Assembly: GCA_964199315.1 (NCBI GenBank)
Contig: OZ116709.1
Coordinates: forward strand, 1,364,001 to 1,428,000
DNA from: Orbicella franksi
Taxonomy: Eukaryota
Reading direction: 5' to 3'
DNA length: 64,000 nucleotides
How positions within the stretch are numbered: the stretch's first letter is position 1; each line of letters starts with the position of its first letter. The position numbers were made by a program, and so were the translations under genes. Of the stretch, positions 12,701 to 26,187 are shown piece by piece. The notes under the pieces were generated by a model, which ran no database searches, was not told the DNA's origin, and saw only the letters and a program-made list of their open reading frames with translations.

Positions 12701-15700
12701 TTGCCCGCGCCATCATTACGTCAACAGCTCGGGCTAGTTCTGTGTTTCTATCGAGTTATAGAAACACGATTTTGAACCAATCAGCGTGCGTATTTTCTTA
12801 GGACTGTTTTCTAAATTTTATTGCCCGAGCGTGAGGGCTGTACTTGGAGAATATCTTCCCGAGATCATGATAAAACCTACAGGGCACGGTCTCGAGAAAG
12901 CCTTGGTTAATAAGAAACAATTGAAAAACAGAAGGAAAAGAAAGCTGAAAGAGGAAGAAACAGAATCACTTGTGAGAAAGTTAGTTCCCTAGAAAAATAA
13001 GCCATAAAACCACATGGAAACCGCGCGGGATCATTCGGAGAGTGCCTGGTATAGTATTTAGAAAATATTGGACTGTGTCTCATTGCATAACTTGGTAGTT
13101 TTTCAAAAGTCGTACTCGTATCAGTTGAACTGTATCATTTTGAATGTGCTTATGCCGCCTTTTTCGTAGTACGTACAGTCTCAACAACAGGAAATGAATG
13201 AATTCACTGAAGAAGAACGAAGAACCCTGGAGGTTACAGTCTGTGAAATGGAAAGCCAGGTAACTTCAATCCATTTACTAACAAATGTTATCAATGTTTA
13301 ACAACTCTCTTTTCTTTCGACTTATACAGTCTTTTCCAATTGCTACTTTCAAGTAACCGAAACGTGCACCGTAATATAAATGGTTTTTACAGCAGAAGAA
13401 GGTGAAATATCAACTAAGGGCTATTGCATTGATCCGTATTAAAAGCAAGGTCTGTAAATGAAAACAATGATCACGTTGATGATAACTTGCTGTACTTTAG
13501 TGACTTAACGTACAGTCTTTGTGTGGCATTGCAGTTAAAACTGAATAAACTTGAGAAGACTGAATTAGACGCATCTTTGAGGAACAAGTCTGAGAAATAC
13601 GAAGAACTCGTTGAAGAAGTAAAACACTCAAGGTAGGTAAAACAAACGCGTGACTGTACATCAAACCTGAGGGAGGGGTGGACAACATGAAACAGGCGGT
13701 TTGACTGTACACTTGCTGTGTGTTTCAGAGACCTTTTGCAAGATAAACAGGAGGAACTGGACGCTACTCAATCCCAGGCTCACTGGATTGTCTTACAGCA
13801 GGAGGCAATTATCGCGGACACCGCAAAAGAACTGACGGAGATCTCGGATCTAGTAAACGACTTGGTTTGGAGATTTAACAAAGAGTCCTCTCTTGCAGAG
13901 GTATAGAAAAAACATAATTTTGTTAACTAGTTAATTAAAAAATAACACCCATTTGCCGAATTAAATTATGTGTTTCCATTTTTTTGATTTTTTTTCTCTC
14001 TCATTCCAGGTTGACTGTGAAGAGAAAGCGATGCCAGATGCTTTAATCATAGAAAGTCCCGTGGGTGACGTTAACATCAAGTACTATGAGCCTCCTAAGT
14101 CTCTTGTACAAAGTGTTTTGGAGGCAAGAGCGATGAGAGTCGACGAGTTACGGCCAGTGAGTCAGCTGTTTGAACCTTAGTAGTTTAAGTCTGATTCTGG
14201 TGATTTTTTATTTCGTTTGAAAATAAAGCCAAGCGAATTCAGTGTTTCTTATTAATGGTAAGCTTTAAGCGAAGCGACTACTTAACCAGTTGGCACACGT
14301 CATATAATTTTAGATATAATCACAATTTTAGCTAGCTTACAGTAAGTAAAACTGGTGTTTTTTTAACTCAGTGATTTCACTTACGTTAGAATTTCTTTTT
14401 ACATGTCAGCATGAGGCACGTTCTAACAAATTAAGCCCCATTCCTGAAACAAGCGAAGAAGATCATGAATGTTCTCAAAGTTCTGAAGATGAAGAAAAAC
14501 TGCCTTCATTAACCGAACAGGCACTGGAACTTAAACAAACCATGAGACAGCTGGCAGAGATTTTTGGAGACCAGACTGCCTCGGTCCAGACACAGAACAC
14601 AGTCAAGAGACTGGAAAAAGAGAGGTGTGCGGCACACAAGTTGCATGTTTTCTGGTTTTGAAATTGATTTAGTAATTATTTGGAACAAAGTTGTCGTTTT
14701 AGCGAATTTCTCATTTGTCAATGAACGGGCACGAAGTAGCTCTACTGGAGCTGTTCGCACAAGTTTTGAGCGTCGCAGAAATTTTCGCTTTCCAAGCCTG
14801 GCTTTCCAGCTCGACCTGTGGGTAAGCCTTCAGTATTAAATTCGACGCTGGTTTCCTTCCCGAAAATATCCACTGGTTGATTTCTAACTGAAACCGTTCG
14901 ATTAGAGCTCCTACAGAAACAACCAGATTTTAACAAAGGGAATTTGCGACCCAGCGTTTAATTAATTTCTAGCCAATCAACTCATGTGGTCTCCAGAGCC
15001 AGCTCTTCCTTGTGCCAGGGCCCCGCCGACTGAGATGGACAGGTTTTTCTGGGGACGAGAATACTTCCGACAGCGAATCAAGAGAGGACCCTAAGGACTT
15101 GACTGGAAGTGAACTTATTATATCTCTCAGTTAGTACGCGCGCTGTGATTGGTCAATTTAGCGGGCCGTACTTTCCTGTAACGTTGGTTTTGTTGCCAAA
15201 CTGTTTCGTATTTATCGCTAAGTGTTCTTTACTTTTATAGCAAGTGAAAGTTTAAAACTTTCCTATACTCAAAATTGTGTAATAAAGCGTGCTAACGTCA
15301 AACTGACTCGTTTTGCTTTCGAGGTGCGTCAGAAATTTGAAGCCTTTCCGGAGTCCGCATGAAAAGAAATCGTTTCCGAACCCGTCAGGCACACAGTAGA
15401 GATATAATAAATATCTTACTAACCTCGTCTTCTCGGTCCGTACTGTAAGTTACGGATCCTCGTTTTTTCCCCATCGATTTATAACCCGCGCGCTTCGCGC
15501 TTGGGCCATAAATCAAAGGGGAAAAAACTCGGTCAGTGACTTACAGTACGGACCTCGAACTCTGTTAGTAAGAGGTATGTACAAGCTGATAAACAGTGGT
15601 TTCACTTCTTAAAACTGTTGTGTGTTCTATCACAAGCGCAAGATTGAACATTGCTGTGTCCCGTGACTGAATCATCTTTTTACGCCCAGTTCTTTCCTTC

Positions 15701-18365
15701 GTTTGAGCTCTGGCTGCAAAATAATGAAATTTAATGAAATTATAATAATGAAATTTCTGAAAGAATCTGAGTAGCAGGAACGCGATCTATTGACGCGATC
15801 TATTGGCTTCATATTCATCAGTTGTTGATATAGACTGTTTTTCATACCAGCTGTTCTTGTACAAGTTGTTACTTCAGAAAAGTGTGGTTATTAATCAGAG
15901 ACAGCACAAAACTGTACTTCTCTTTTTTTTTTTCTTTTATTAATTAATGCTATTTAGAAGTGTTACTGCTTTGATATTTACCCAGGGTTTCAATGGAAGA
16001 ACAACACAAGTCCTCTCTTCAAAATCTCATGTCACAACTGGAAGACTCAAAAATACGAGAAAGCAGTCTACGCCGAGAAATCTCTCGAAAGAACCAGCAA
16101 ATATCAACACTACAACAGCAGCTGGAGGAAAGCAACAACAACCTACAACATTCCTTTACAAAACTGGATTCCCTTAGTGAGCAGTGTGAAAAGACGATTG
16201 ACCAACAGACTAAAATAGCGGTAAGCAGACTAAAGAGCATCTCACTAAGACAATGATTATTTACAATTTTGTATGACGTGTTTTTTATGGTTTTCTTTAA
16301 TAATCAACCAATCAATGAAATAAACAATGGCACTCGTAATTTATCAATTTTCCGTTTCCTTCGCGAATGTTTTTAGTATTTGGCTTTCACTTACTTATGG
16401 ATTTAGTCAACTACATAAAGATGTCATAATTAATCCAAAACTTCATTTCCCTTCTTGCGGGAACGGTGTGCTTGAACATTAATGTGACTATTTTAACATT
16501 TAACATTTTTAACATTTTACAGTTTTAGCATTTTTAGTTAATCTTTGGACTTATTTGTACCTCAGGCCCTGACAAGTATATATAGAACATTTTGGAGAGT
16601 TGAATGGTGTGCCTGGCTCTTGTTTGTTTTGTAGGAGCTCACAGCAGACGTTCAGCGCTTTTCAGACCAAGTTAAAACGCTAGAAAGAGAGAAAGAAAGC
16701 TTGTCGCAGCAATTGATAGGAAGTCTTTCAACACTAAACCAACTGTCTGAAGCCCAACCGGATGTCAACAAAACACAAGACGTTCTTGGGACACTGCTGG
16801 CTGAGAAATTCAAATTAGAGAACAAGGTGACGCAAAAAAAATAAAAATGAAGTGTTTTATGATATCCACCAAATGGGACCGTATAAATAACTTCATATCA
16901 GCACGATCATTTTTAAGTAAAACGTTTGCATTGGACCAGACGTTCCAAACCCCCGGAGCTTATCCCGGGCTGATTAACACCAAGTTATACCTCGTCAGAG
17001 GCGCTATTTAAAATCTGAGAACTTTGAATTTCCAAGAATGTGACCAAATTCTAGGAGCAAATTCAGATTTGAACACTAGTTCCTATTTGTACACCTGCGT
17101 GGAGAGAGACACCGTGAGAACAGTTTCTAACTCTAGAACACGACGCAATGACCTCTAAATGGAGTACACATCTGTGCCACTGGGTCTCCCAGCTAACCTC
17201 GCCCACTCCACACCCAGTGTAAGCGCTAACATTGCACGTTCTAACATGACGTCTGTCATTTGATTTTTTTTCGTTTTTAGGTGCAAAAGCTGAAAGAAAA
17301 GTCAGTGACATACCGAATGGAGACTCAGGACTATTTGTCAGAATACAAATGCAGAACAGATTCCAAGGTCAGACTTTGATCGCATTACTTAGCTGTCATT
17401 CATGTTACCGCTCAGGCAATATTCACTTCCAAAGATATTTGTAAGTAATCGGGATATTGACAGTGGCCTTTTGTCAACAATTACCAATCCCAGTTCACTG
17501 AAGCTAGCAAAGGAGTGTAAAGCATGAACTCAACGTGAAAAAGTCAGATGTTTATAAGATCTGTCTCCGTGTCTTGGAGGAATCGTTGTAAACCGACAGT
17601 TGGCTCTACCTTAAAAATTCACTATATCCTCCGCTTGGTGTTTCTCGCTTGGGCAAATAGCGTGCTTGTCATAGTTTTAGCACCTTTTTAACCAAAATAC
17701 CTATGTTGATGCCCCTTTAAGTCCAACACATCATAAGTCGCTGGCGTGTTTTTCTTCCCACCCCATTCTGCCTTCCTCCCTCCCTTTTGTTTAATTATAC
17801 TCGGCCTGACTTCCTCAGATTTTTTTTTCTTCAGATTCGAGTCCTTGAAGGCAACATTCAGAAGGCAGAGACGGAGATATTTCGTCTGGATGGCTTGGTG
17901 GAAAAGATTAGGCTCGTAAGTAATAATAAGTAATCGCAAGTAACAGTTTTCCTGCTCAATCCCGTGGAATCGTCTTGCTGTTCGTGGTGAGCAAAAGCAC
18001 AAAACGAGAGGGAAGCCCACAGCACTGTTCTTAGTGCGACGTTTATGTCAACAAATTGCCGGCTATATAAGCTTTCCCAAATGACCATGCGCGCACTCCT
18101 CTCACTGTCGATCCAGACAAAGCCCGTCTCACAAGCAATCTTACGGCTTCAAAGCACATTAACTCCTACGCCCCTCCCCTCCCTCAAGTGTGATAGTAGC
18201 CTCCGAGTACAGCCGGCTCCCATCCCTACTTGTTTGTTCGTTGCTGTAGATATTTTGATTTCCTTTTCGTCGTTGCAGGTATTGCACCAGTATCACGAGG
18301 TAACAAGAAGCTGTCCAGATTTGAATAAGTTACTTTCGTTTCTAGACGGCGAGGACATACAATAA
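6735..18365 (+). CDS. Long coiled-coil protein of unknown identity, 17 exons, 909 aa
   Basis: Phase-consistent GT-AG exons: 6735-6779, 7836-8174, 9328-9450, 9967-10437, 10995-11063, 11333-11430, 11819-11999, 13170-13259, 13535-13632, 13729-13900, 14010-14156, 14410-14624, 15986-16220, 16635-16826, 17281-17367, 17835-17915, 18279-18365 (2730 nt, no internal stop). E/K/Q/L-rich heptad pattern. Exon 1 is the least certain. Confidence 0.8.
12450..12810. repeat. Fold-back interspersed repeat; another family member lies in opposite orientation at about 59770-60270
   Basis: Core palindrome ATAGAAACACGAGTGGAAG...CTTTCACGAGTGTTTCTAT at 12479-12594, with a reverse-complement homologue at about 59810-59915. 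Confidence 0.75.
15411..15578. repeat. Small fold-back MITE-like repeat
   Basis: CTTACTAAC...GGTCCGTACTGTAAGT...TTTTTTCCC is mirrored by GGAAAAAA...ACTTACAGTACGGACC...GTTAGTAAG. Confidence 0.65.
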
Positions 18366-20495
18366 ACCGCTGCCACCTTGAAACCGCCTTATACATTAGC
18401 CACGAATAACCATATGCATCCGGGATACTGTTAAAATTTTCAGTCAGTTTCACATTTAGTACACATTCTTCTTAGTATTTGTTTGACATTTTAAATGTAT
18501 ATCGATAGTTGTCACCAGTTTGGCCTGGTCTAGGCGTTCAGTCTCTCGAGGCGTTTTTTCGCCCAGCTCCCCGCTGACAGAACACCTGGAACAGACTTCC
18601 ACTAGTTACCATACGTCATCCACGCAGTACACTGTGCTTTGTAGTGTATTAGCTTTATTTTAATCGTGTAGAAGGGCTTTCTCTGCGAGCTATTATCATA
18701 TGATTAAAGCAAGCCCTCATGTAGTTCTCTTTGTTGAAATTATTGAAATAACCCCTATTTGCTGCATTTCCGTCTCCCTTTTCAATGGCCGAGGCCACCA
18801 CGTGACCTGAAAATAACTGTCTACAAATAATGGTCTGCACATGCACAATATGTTTTACTGCAAATAATACTCTGCTCATGCGTAATTGTAACCACGCTCG
18901 AGCTCTTGTGCGAAAAATGGCAGATAGCTTCCCTGTGCTGTCAGAGAGTGATTTAAATATGAAAACAAACTTGGTGATCGAATGATGAAACAATTATTGA
19001 ATGCCATTAGAGTGGTTTTCCATCGAGTGTCGAAAGTAATCGGCCAATTACTTTGTTTTTGGTTTTGTTTTTTTTTTTTTTTTGGGGGGGGGGGGGGGGG
19101 GCTAAGTGGTCTAATTGGTAAGTAATCGGTTCAGTTTTGGTTTTACGATGCTTAGTTGAAAACGTTCTATCGCAAAATACGGTCGAACCTCCCATAAGCG
19201 ACTACCTAAAATGTCAAGCCTAAGTGGTCGCTTACGAGAGCTTAGATCATATTGGGTCAACATTTTGCTTCATTACCATGTGGTAACTGCAGAGACTTAC
19301 CCCATGTTTTAATTGTTTTTATATTAATGTGAAAAGTAAATTTCAAAAAAATTATCCAGTGATCCAGTACTTCCCATTGAGAAATTTCCGTCTTTAGTAC
19401 AACCCAGTAATCTGATGTTACACCACCGTATTACTCAAGTTTCGCTCTATTATCAGTCAAGTGGTCGCTTACGGAAGGTTAAAAACAAAAGAAAATTTCA
19501 AACTTTAAGCCCTAAAAGTGGTTGCGGTCGCTTACGAGAGGTGGTCGCTTACAAGTAGTTCCAAATATAGTGATTTGGTTTAGAAACTTTTGGTATTTTG
19601 GAAAACTGGTCGCCGAGGAGAGGTGGTCGCAACCGTAGGTTCGACTGAACTATGATTTATACCGCTATGGGTCCAAAGTTGGTTCTGAGGCTTCTTCAGA
19701 GTAGTTGGGCCGCAACACACTTGTACTGAACCAATGTTGAAGCAAGAGTTGCTTGTTTTTCAAACTTTTTCCCTCCACTTTAATGTTTCGTTTTCATTCT
19801 GTACTGAAATAACGGACAGGTTCTCATTGACGTTATATTGGTCAAATGTAACAGAGAATACAACGTTTGTCTAGTTCATTTAGTTCCGGTTTCTCTTTCG
19901 GTTGAACGTTCGGTTAAAAAACTTAAGTCAGTTGTCTTTCTACACAAGCACACGTTAATTTTTCGTGCAGTCTTTCATGCCTTCCAGAGATTGTAGGCTT
20001 TAATATTCTCTAACGGTATGAAGCACCTTGACCATACTTAGATTGAGAACATTGGCTTCATGTACAAAACGACCTGTAATGAAATGTTATATATAATGAG
20101 TGTACTGTGGCTTCTCCGGTGCGCCAACGATATTTCAGATCCGCAGCAGATACAAATGATACACTTCACGGGATACTACTTAAAGTACCAACTCTGAAGA
20201 ACCACTTGACTGCCTACAGACTGCTGGTCGGGCGTCTATCACACAGAGATTCACAAAGTTACTAGAAACTCTATTTACGGGATTTGGGAATCACTCTCAA
20301 GTGTCAGTGCCCGAATCACGAGAGTTTGGCCGGAAATTACATAATTTCTGGCTATGCACCCCCCTCCCTCCCACAGCTCGTACGTTCATGATCACGAGCA
20401 AAAAAACTAAAACAAATTGAAACTCAGTAACAGGAGTTTGTAGCCTTAATAGTAAACTTTATCTACACATGCCTACTGCACACTGGTAAAAAGAC

Positions 20496-20708
20496 AATCT
20501 CGCTCCCAGAGTCTTCGTTCCCCTTGACCAGTGGTCGGAAAACGAGAGCTCTGCGAACAACCATTTTGAAATAACCGAATTCTGGTGATTCCGCCTATCC
20601 GGTTTCACTGTCAGTCTGCATCTATGGCACATGCCTGAAATGGTTGCTCCCAGAGTTCTCATTTTCCGACCGTTAGTCAAGGGGAATGGAGACTCTGGGA
20701 ACAAGATA
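20496..20708. mobile_element. Fold-back MITE with an 11-bp target-site duplication
   Basis: About 80-bp imperfect inverted arms (ATCTCGCTCCCAGAG... / ...CTCTGGGAACAAGAT), flanked by direct repeat GGTAAAAAGAC at 20485-20495 and 20709-20719. Confidence 0.75.
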
Positions 20709-23107
20709 GGTAAAAAGACTAAGTGTCGAGAAAACGTTATGTAAAAATAAGTAACTGTGAAAAATGGGTCGACTCTTCCAAACAGGGTGATGTCATTCTC
20801 GTCCACAGAGCCTCTGTTTCTTTTGGTCACATGCTCCACAAAATGCCGATGACACTTTAACATGAGTAGCAGGCGCTTTGTTGCCCCATTTCAGACCATG
20901 TGATGATACTCTTGAGAATTATTGTTCCTTTCAAATTTTCAAATAGTTGCGTGTATATGAATAAATAAATTTTAGATGGATAAAAGAACAATTCTCTTGA
21001 GAATATCATGTGGTCTGCAATGGGACAGCAAACTGCCCAAGCAAAAAGGGTCAATAGAGTGCTGTAAAACACACTTCGAGGCGAGATCCATTCCCGTTCT
21101 TTCTTTTCGAGACTGAAGGACCCGTCCATACTACGAATTTGAAAATGGAGGTTTCAAGCTGAACGCGCATCAAATGTTTTCTGTCCACACTAAAACACAA
21201 CAATCACCTGTCATTTTGGGTTTGTCTAAAATTCGGCCAGGAAAATCAAAATGTTTTCCGTCCAAACAAAAACAACATCTACAGACCTTGCAAAAGGGAA
21301 TTTAAAATGATTGCCATTCTTGTTTTTTTGTTGTGGACTTCACTGTTTAAAAGTGATTGACTGCCTGAGTGGTAATCAAAAGGTATCCAGAGCCTCCCTG
21401 GGATGACAATGGTCCAGTCAGCATACCTTATGCTTGGCATGGTGTTGCAAAAAATATTTGAAGGATAATAAACACAATAGCTGCCATTTGACTTTAAAAA
21501 TATGCTTGCATATTTGTCCTTCAACATCATCTGTTCCTTGAAGCTCCTACTTTTACCCAAAGTTCAACCTTGGAACCGTTTGCTTCTCGGAACAGATATT
21601 GTCCACAGACAAATTTCTGAGTATATTTTTATGCCAAATAGAGGCTTTCCTTTACACATCTTGAACTGGGTATTCCTGCACTGGAATCACCAACCCACAT
21701 CAAAAACAATGCACCATGATAAGGAAGAGAAAAATTAACATCAACAACAATTTGTGATACCATAATAACTTTTACTCAGTTTGACCAAACAATGATAATC
21801 ATGTATGTATATGACATGACCTCAACGATAGGATACTTGTCAACTGGTTACTTCACATCCCCGCATTCGTTTTCTGCAAGCAAATCCTGTAGACTGTGTT
21901 CCTGAAGCAAAAATGTTAGTCAAAACACATGCAACATGGTGCAAGAAAGAAAGTAATAGACCACTACCCTTTGTTATGAAGCACAAACAGGGGGAAAGTC
22001 CTCACATTGGAAGGAATAAAATGTCATTTTTTTTTCTCAGGATATGTTTTGGATGAGCTTATGTTTGGTTTAATTGGAAATTTCATTAAACTGAACTTGT
22101 AAAACATCATACCACATTGAGGCTACCCTCCATGGAAGAGTACTTTGAGAGACCATTATATTTGAAAGATAGTCATTGCTTTTCCTCCATCCAAAACTCT
22201 GATTTTCCTCCAAAAATGTTGGCAACTGCCAAAAGAGTTTACATCCAAATCCTATCCTGGCGAATGAATGAGTTCCAAAAAATTGACTCCTGATTGTTTC
22301 CAATGTTCTGTCCCAAAACTGTACTGGAGCTGACCTCCAGTTCCTATGCTATTCCGTGATCACTGACATGAGAGGATCCGGTCTCCTCCAGACAGCTTTA
22401 GATCTGTCACAGAATTATAAAAAGTTAACTTGTCAATAATTTCTTTCAATTTTTAACAACACAGCATGCTTGAGAGGAAAAATGCAGGAATGCTGCTTGT
22501 CTTTAAGCAAAGTACTGAGAATCATGCAGTAGTCAGCCACAGTATTTAAGACTTACTGTTCTTTAATTCTTGCTTGCTGGAACAGTATTTTACTTTTGCA
22601 CATACATCAAAATTAAATTAAAATGAAACCAAATACATTGTCTTAATCAAATGGAACTTAAAGGTCTTTAAATGGGTTCACATTAACATAATTACCCATC
22701 TGCAGTCTTAAAAAAAGTGTCAATTTCTGATGTAGGTTTATCATCATAATTGAGAAGCCATGCATACCATGATATCCAAAGAAAATGTCCTATGTCCAAT
22801 TGATCCTATTGTTCCCAGAGGGTATTTTAATCCACTGGTTCCTTATCCAGTTTCTGATTTCCTTAGCAAGTTAAGTGCAGAAACATCTATTGTTGTTTTC
22901 TTTCCTAGCTTTCCTTTCCAATATCACAATTTGCTTGTGCAGCCCTGAAAATGATATCATGGAAGAGTAAAAGATGTGCCTGACTACACAAAATCAGAAA
23001 TAAAAAGTTATCTTTTGTTACAGCTAAGACGTCACTCTATTTATGCCTTCTCTTACATCAAAACAATAAAGAACAGAACTACACATAACAGGAATGCAGT
23101 GGAATGT

Positions 23108-24698
23108 CTATGAACGTGAACGTGAACGAGATTTAGAACGCCTTGGAGAGCCAGATCTTCTCCTCTTCGGTGATCTGGAAGGGGACTTGGATTTCTTTGG
23201 TGAATATGATCGACGAGGGCTGCGGGAGCGGGAATGGGACTTCCTTCTCGGGGATCTGCTTCGTGAACGTGACCGACTACGGCTTCGTGACCCACGGCCT
23301 CCACCAGGATTGTCCTGTTTTACACGAATGAAAGCAACTTCACCCTAAATGACAACAGGAAGAAGAGAAAAATGTAAGACAATTGTTTTTCAAGATAAAC
23401 TGAATAAAATGGGCTCCACAATAAACTATTTTCACCACTGAAAAGTTAGTGTTACCTCATGAGAACGGAACTTGGAGTCATCAAGATGTTTCAGGGCATA
23501 TTTCATGTCGTCATAACGAGAGTATTCCACAATACCAGTTCCATCCTTGAAAACGTCAGTAAACTGAACATCACCAGCATCTCGCATATGGTCCTTGAGA
23601 TCCTGCCAACTACCAGTGGGAGGCAACCCAGAGACTAAGACTCGGTACTCAGAGCGCCGTGGAGGAGGACCACGACCACCACCACCGCCACCACCACCAC
23701 CACCACCACCATAGCCACCACCGCCAAATCCTCCACCTGATCGGCCACCCCCACGTCCACCACGTGGAAACTCTACACGAATCCTCTGACCATCAAATTC
23801 GTATCCATCTCTCCCTCTGACTGCATCTTCAGCATCTCTATAAGGTAGTAAACAATTTATTCCTTTTTCAGTTAAAGTTGGTGCAGAAAACTTGAAAACA
23901 GGCTATTAAGACAAACCAAAACACAAAGAAATGAAAATACAAGGAGTGTCCTGCAGTGAAATTTAAGTTACAAGCCAAAGTGATGTTGACAGGTGACGAA
24001 TCCGATCTTGACTGTTTTATTCACTCATAAATTTTTCATGCCATTCACTGTCAACAGCTTTGAACCCGAATCTTGCCAAGAAAGAAACGCCAGGAACTTT
24101 CTTCAAAAGAAACTTAACTCTTCCCACCGCAATGCAAAACCGTGGAAACAATACAGTTCTTCGGGCACAAACTTATAACTGCTGAATCCATGGATCTGAC
24201 TGTTTCGTCACAGTTGCGTAAAAAATTAAAATAGCGAATGCTGAGAAAAGAACAAATCCATGATGACGAATTAGTTTTCTTGAAAAGAAGCTTTTCTCAC
24301 AAGCCAGCACTTTGCCCAACAGCTAAAATGTATCAGGAAGAAATGGATCAGCGTCAGAAAACGAAACCCGATCGAGCAAGATAGAAACGACGCCGCTCGA
24401 AGAAGACCGAGGAAAAATCGCCCAACAAGCACATAACACTAAGAGAGTGTATAACTAAACAAGTCTAGTTATAAAATACGGGTTGAACTTCAGTTTAAGT
24501 ATTCCTTTCTTACCTTGGGTCATTAAATTCGACGAAAGCAAACGGTGTGCCTCCAGTACCATAACGAGGAATTTTCAAGTCGACGTCGGCAATTTCTCCG
24601 TATTTGTAAAAGATATCTTCCAAATCTCTTTCGTCTACGTTAGAAGGCAAGTTTCCAACGTAAACTCGCCTACTATTGTTATTGCTTCGATTCATCAT
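23108..24698 (-). CDS. SRSF1: Serine/arginine-rich splicing factor 1 (ASF/SF2; co-orthologue of vertebrate SRSF1/SRSF9)
   Basis: Exons 24698-24514, 23837-23456, 23344-23108. RRM1 (RVYVGNLP...PFAFVEF...[26 protein letters not shown]), Gly-rich linker, pseudo-RRM2 with [10 protein letters not shown], and a C-terminal RS domain. Confidence 0.95.
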
Positions 24699-24990
24699 TG
24701 GGCTAAAATAAGAGTCGTTAAACGTCCTTAAAAAAGGAAGTCTAACAAACTGCGTCAGTACAAAGATTCAAAGATGGCCGGCCACGAGTAAGGTCTGCTA
24801 AAGGGGAGTCCTATCTTTGATCAGGGACTCCTACCCAGGTCTCCATCCAAAGTTGACTGGCGCGTGGAGTTATGGGTTGATATAGGCGGACCAAAAATCC
24901 AGAACATTTCACGAATCAAATCGTAAACTTTGAGAACAGTATCCAATCAGAGACAAGCAGGAAAGGAAAAATAGGGAAAGGAAAAAATAG
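24699..24990. promoter_or_regulatory. Short divergent promoter between SRSF1 and DYNLL copy 1
   Basis: About 300 bp between head-to-head genes. CCAAT box at 24943, AAGATGGC (YY1-like) at about 24771, and a 15-mer TGGGTTGATATAGGC (24873-24887) shared with the upstream region of DYNLL copy 2. Confidence 0.55.
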
Positions 24991-25354
24991 TCAAGTGTTC
25001 TTCAGCGAAAGTAGCCTTGTTGTTGAGGAAAGGGAAGTTAAATTTTTGGTTCGCTTGGTGTCATCTTGTGCTGATCGAAAAAATTTCTAAGGTGGGTAAA
25101 TTTTTACGATAGCAGCAGTTTTTCAGCTGTACGTTGTGTTGATCACGAGGGGCTTGTAAGAAAATATTGCCTCTGTCAAGAAAAAATCTGTAGCTAAGCT
25201 GGTCGAACTTTTCACGTTTTGCGTTAATATTGTTTATGAAGATAGGCTAATTCAAATGGCTGATTTCTGCACATTTATTTCCAAATTTTTAGTTTTTTTT
25301 TAGTAAGGTCACTTACAAAATAATGGTGAATGCCACAGAAGTTGTTTAAGCTTA

Positions 25355-26187
25355 ATGCGTCAGTCAATTCCAGCAGTACCCATCCCCCCCCCCCCCCCCT
25401 GGGCTTATCCCCGGGCACTAGCATTTTTTTTTTAAATGGGCAAATTCCCCAGGGTGGGGACACATAAGCTGTCTAAATGTCCTGGGGTGGGGACGAAGAA
25501 AGAGGGCAAATGCCCCGCCCCCAGGATCGACGCCTTCCAACACCTCTGCAGTTTTCTCGTTAATCAGTGAATAAAACATTCAACTGTTCAGTATTTTAAT
25601 GCAACGGTAAAACTTCAAGGACAACAGTACGTGTTAGTTGATTCTGATTATTTTTATTTCTTTATATTTTGTTTTTAACAGTTTGCTAGAGGATAAAGTG
25701 ACATTAAATATTTTGTCGTATAAAAACCATTTGTTTTGGATATTTTGACAAGAATAATGACAATCCCGTTAACAATGTCTACAATGAAACAATTATCGTT
25801 GTTTTAGAAATGTCACAACTTTAATATTTTATTTCAATACTTGATTATAAACAGTTCATTGAATCACTAACCGGAAAATTTAAACCTAGATTTTTTTGTT
25901 CAACAGTGTCAAATGCACGTAACAAAGCTGGACCCTTCCATCCACAAAAATGGCCACCCTATGTTCAACAAACACCTTGTCTTTCCCGTTGAACTCATCC
26001 ATGGCACTCTCGAAAACACGTGTGTCAAATTCCCGGGGGTCACCCGGGGTACATAAATGCCCAGCCCCCGGGCCGCGATAAAATTGCGAATGCCTCACCC
26101 CCAGGACTGACATTGTGAGCAAATGCCCTGTGGTTGCCCAATGGGGTGGGGGGGGGGGGATGGGCACTGCTGGAATTGACTGATGTA
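25355..26187. mobile_element. MITE in the 5'UTR intron of DYNLL copy 1
   Basis: TIRs ...TCAGTCAATTCCAGCAGT(A/G)CCCATCCCCCC. TAAGCTTA on both flanks (25347-25354, 26188-26195) fits an 8-bp TSD, but the octamer is itself palindromic. Confidence 0.75.

Noticed and set aside
19650-21750. Possible gene between the coiled-coil gene and SRSF1 (ORFs 20459-20863, 20857-21129, 21502-21738)
   Set aside because: I could not build a phase-consistent exon chain or recognise any motif, and parts of the ORFs run through repeats.
22660-22750. C/D-box snoRNA in the SRSF1 3' region (ATGATGA on the minus strand)
   Set aside because: No CTGA D-box or terminal stem at a suitable distance.
23053-23348. Overlapping ORFs around SRSF1 exon 3 (RERERD-rich and others)
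   Set aside because: These are alternative-frame or antisense readings of the low-complexity RS domain.
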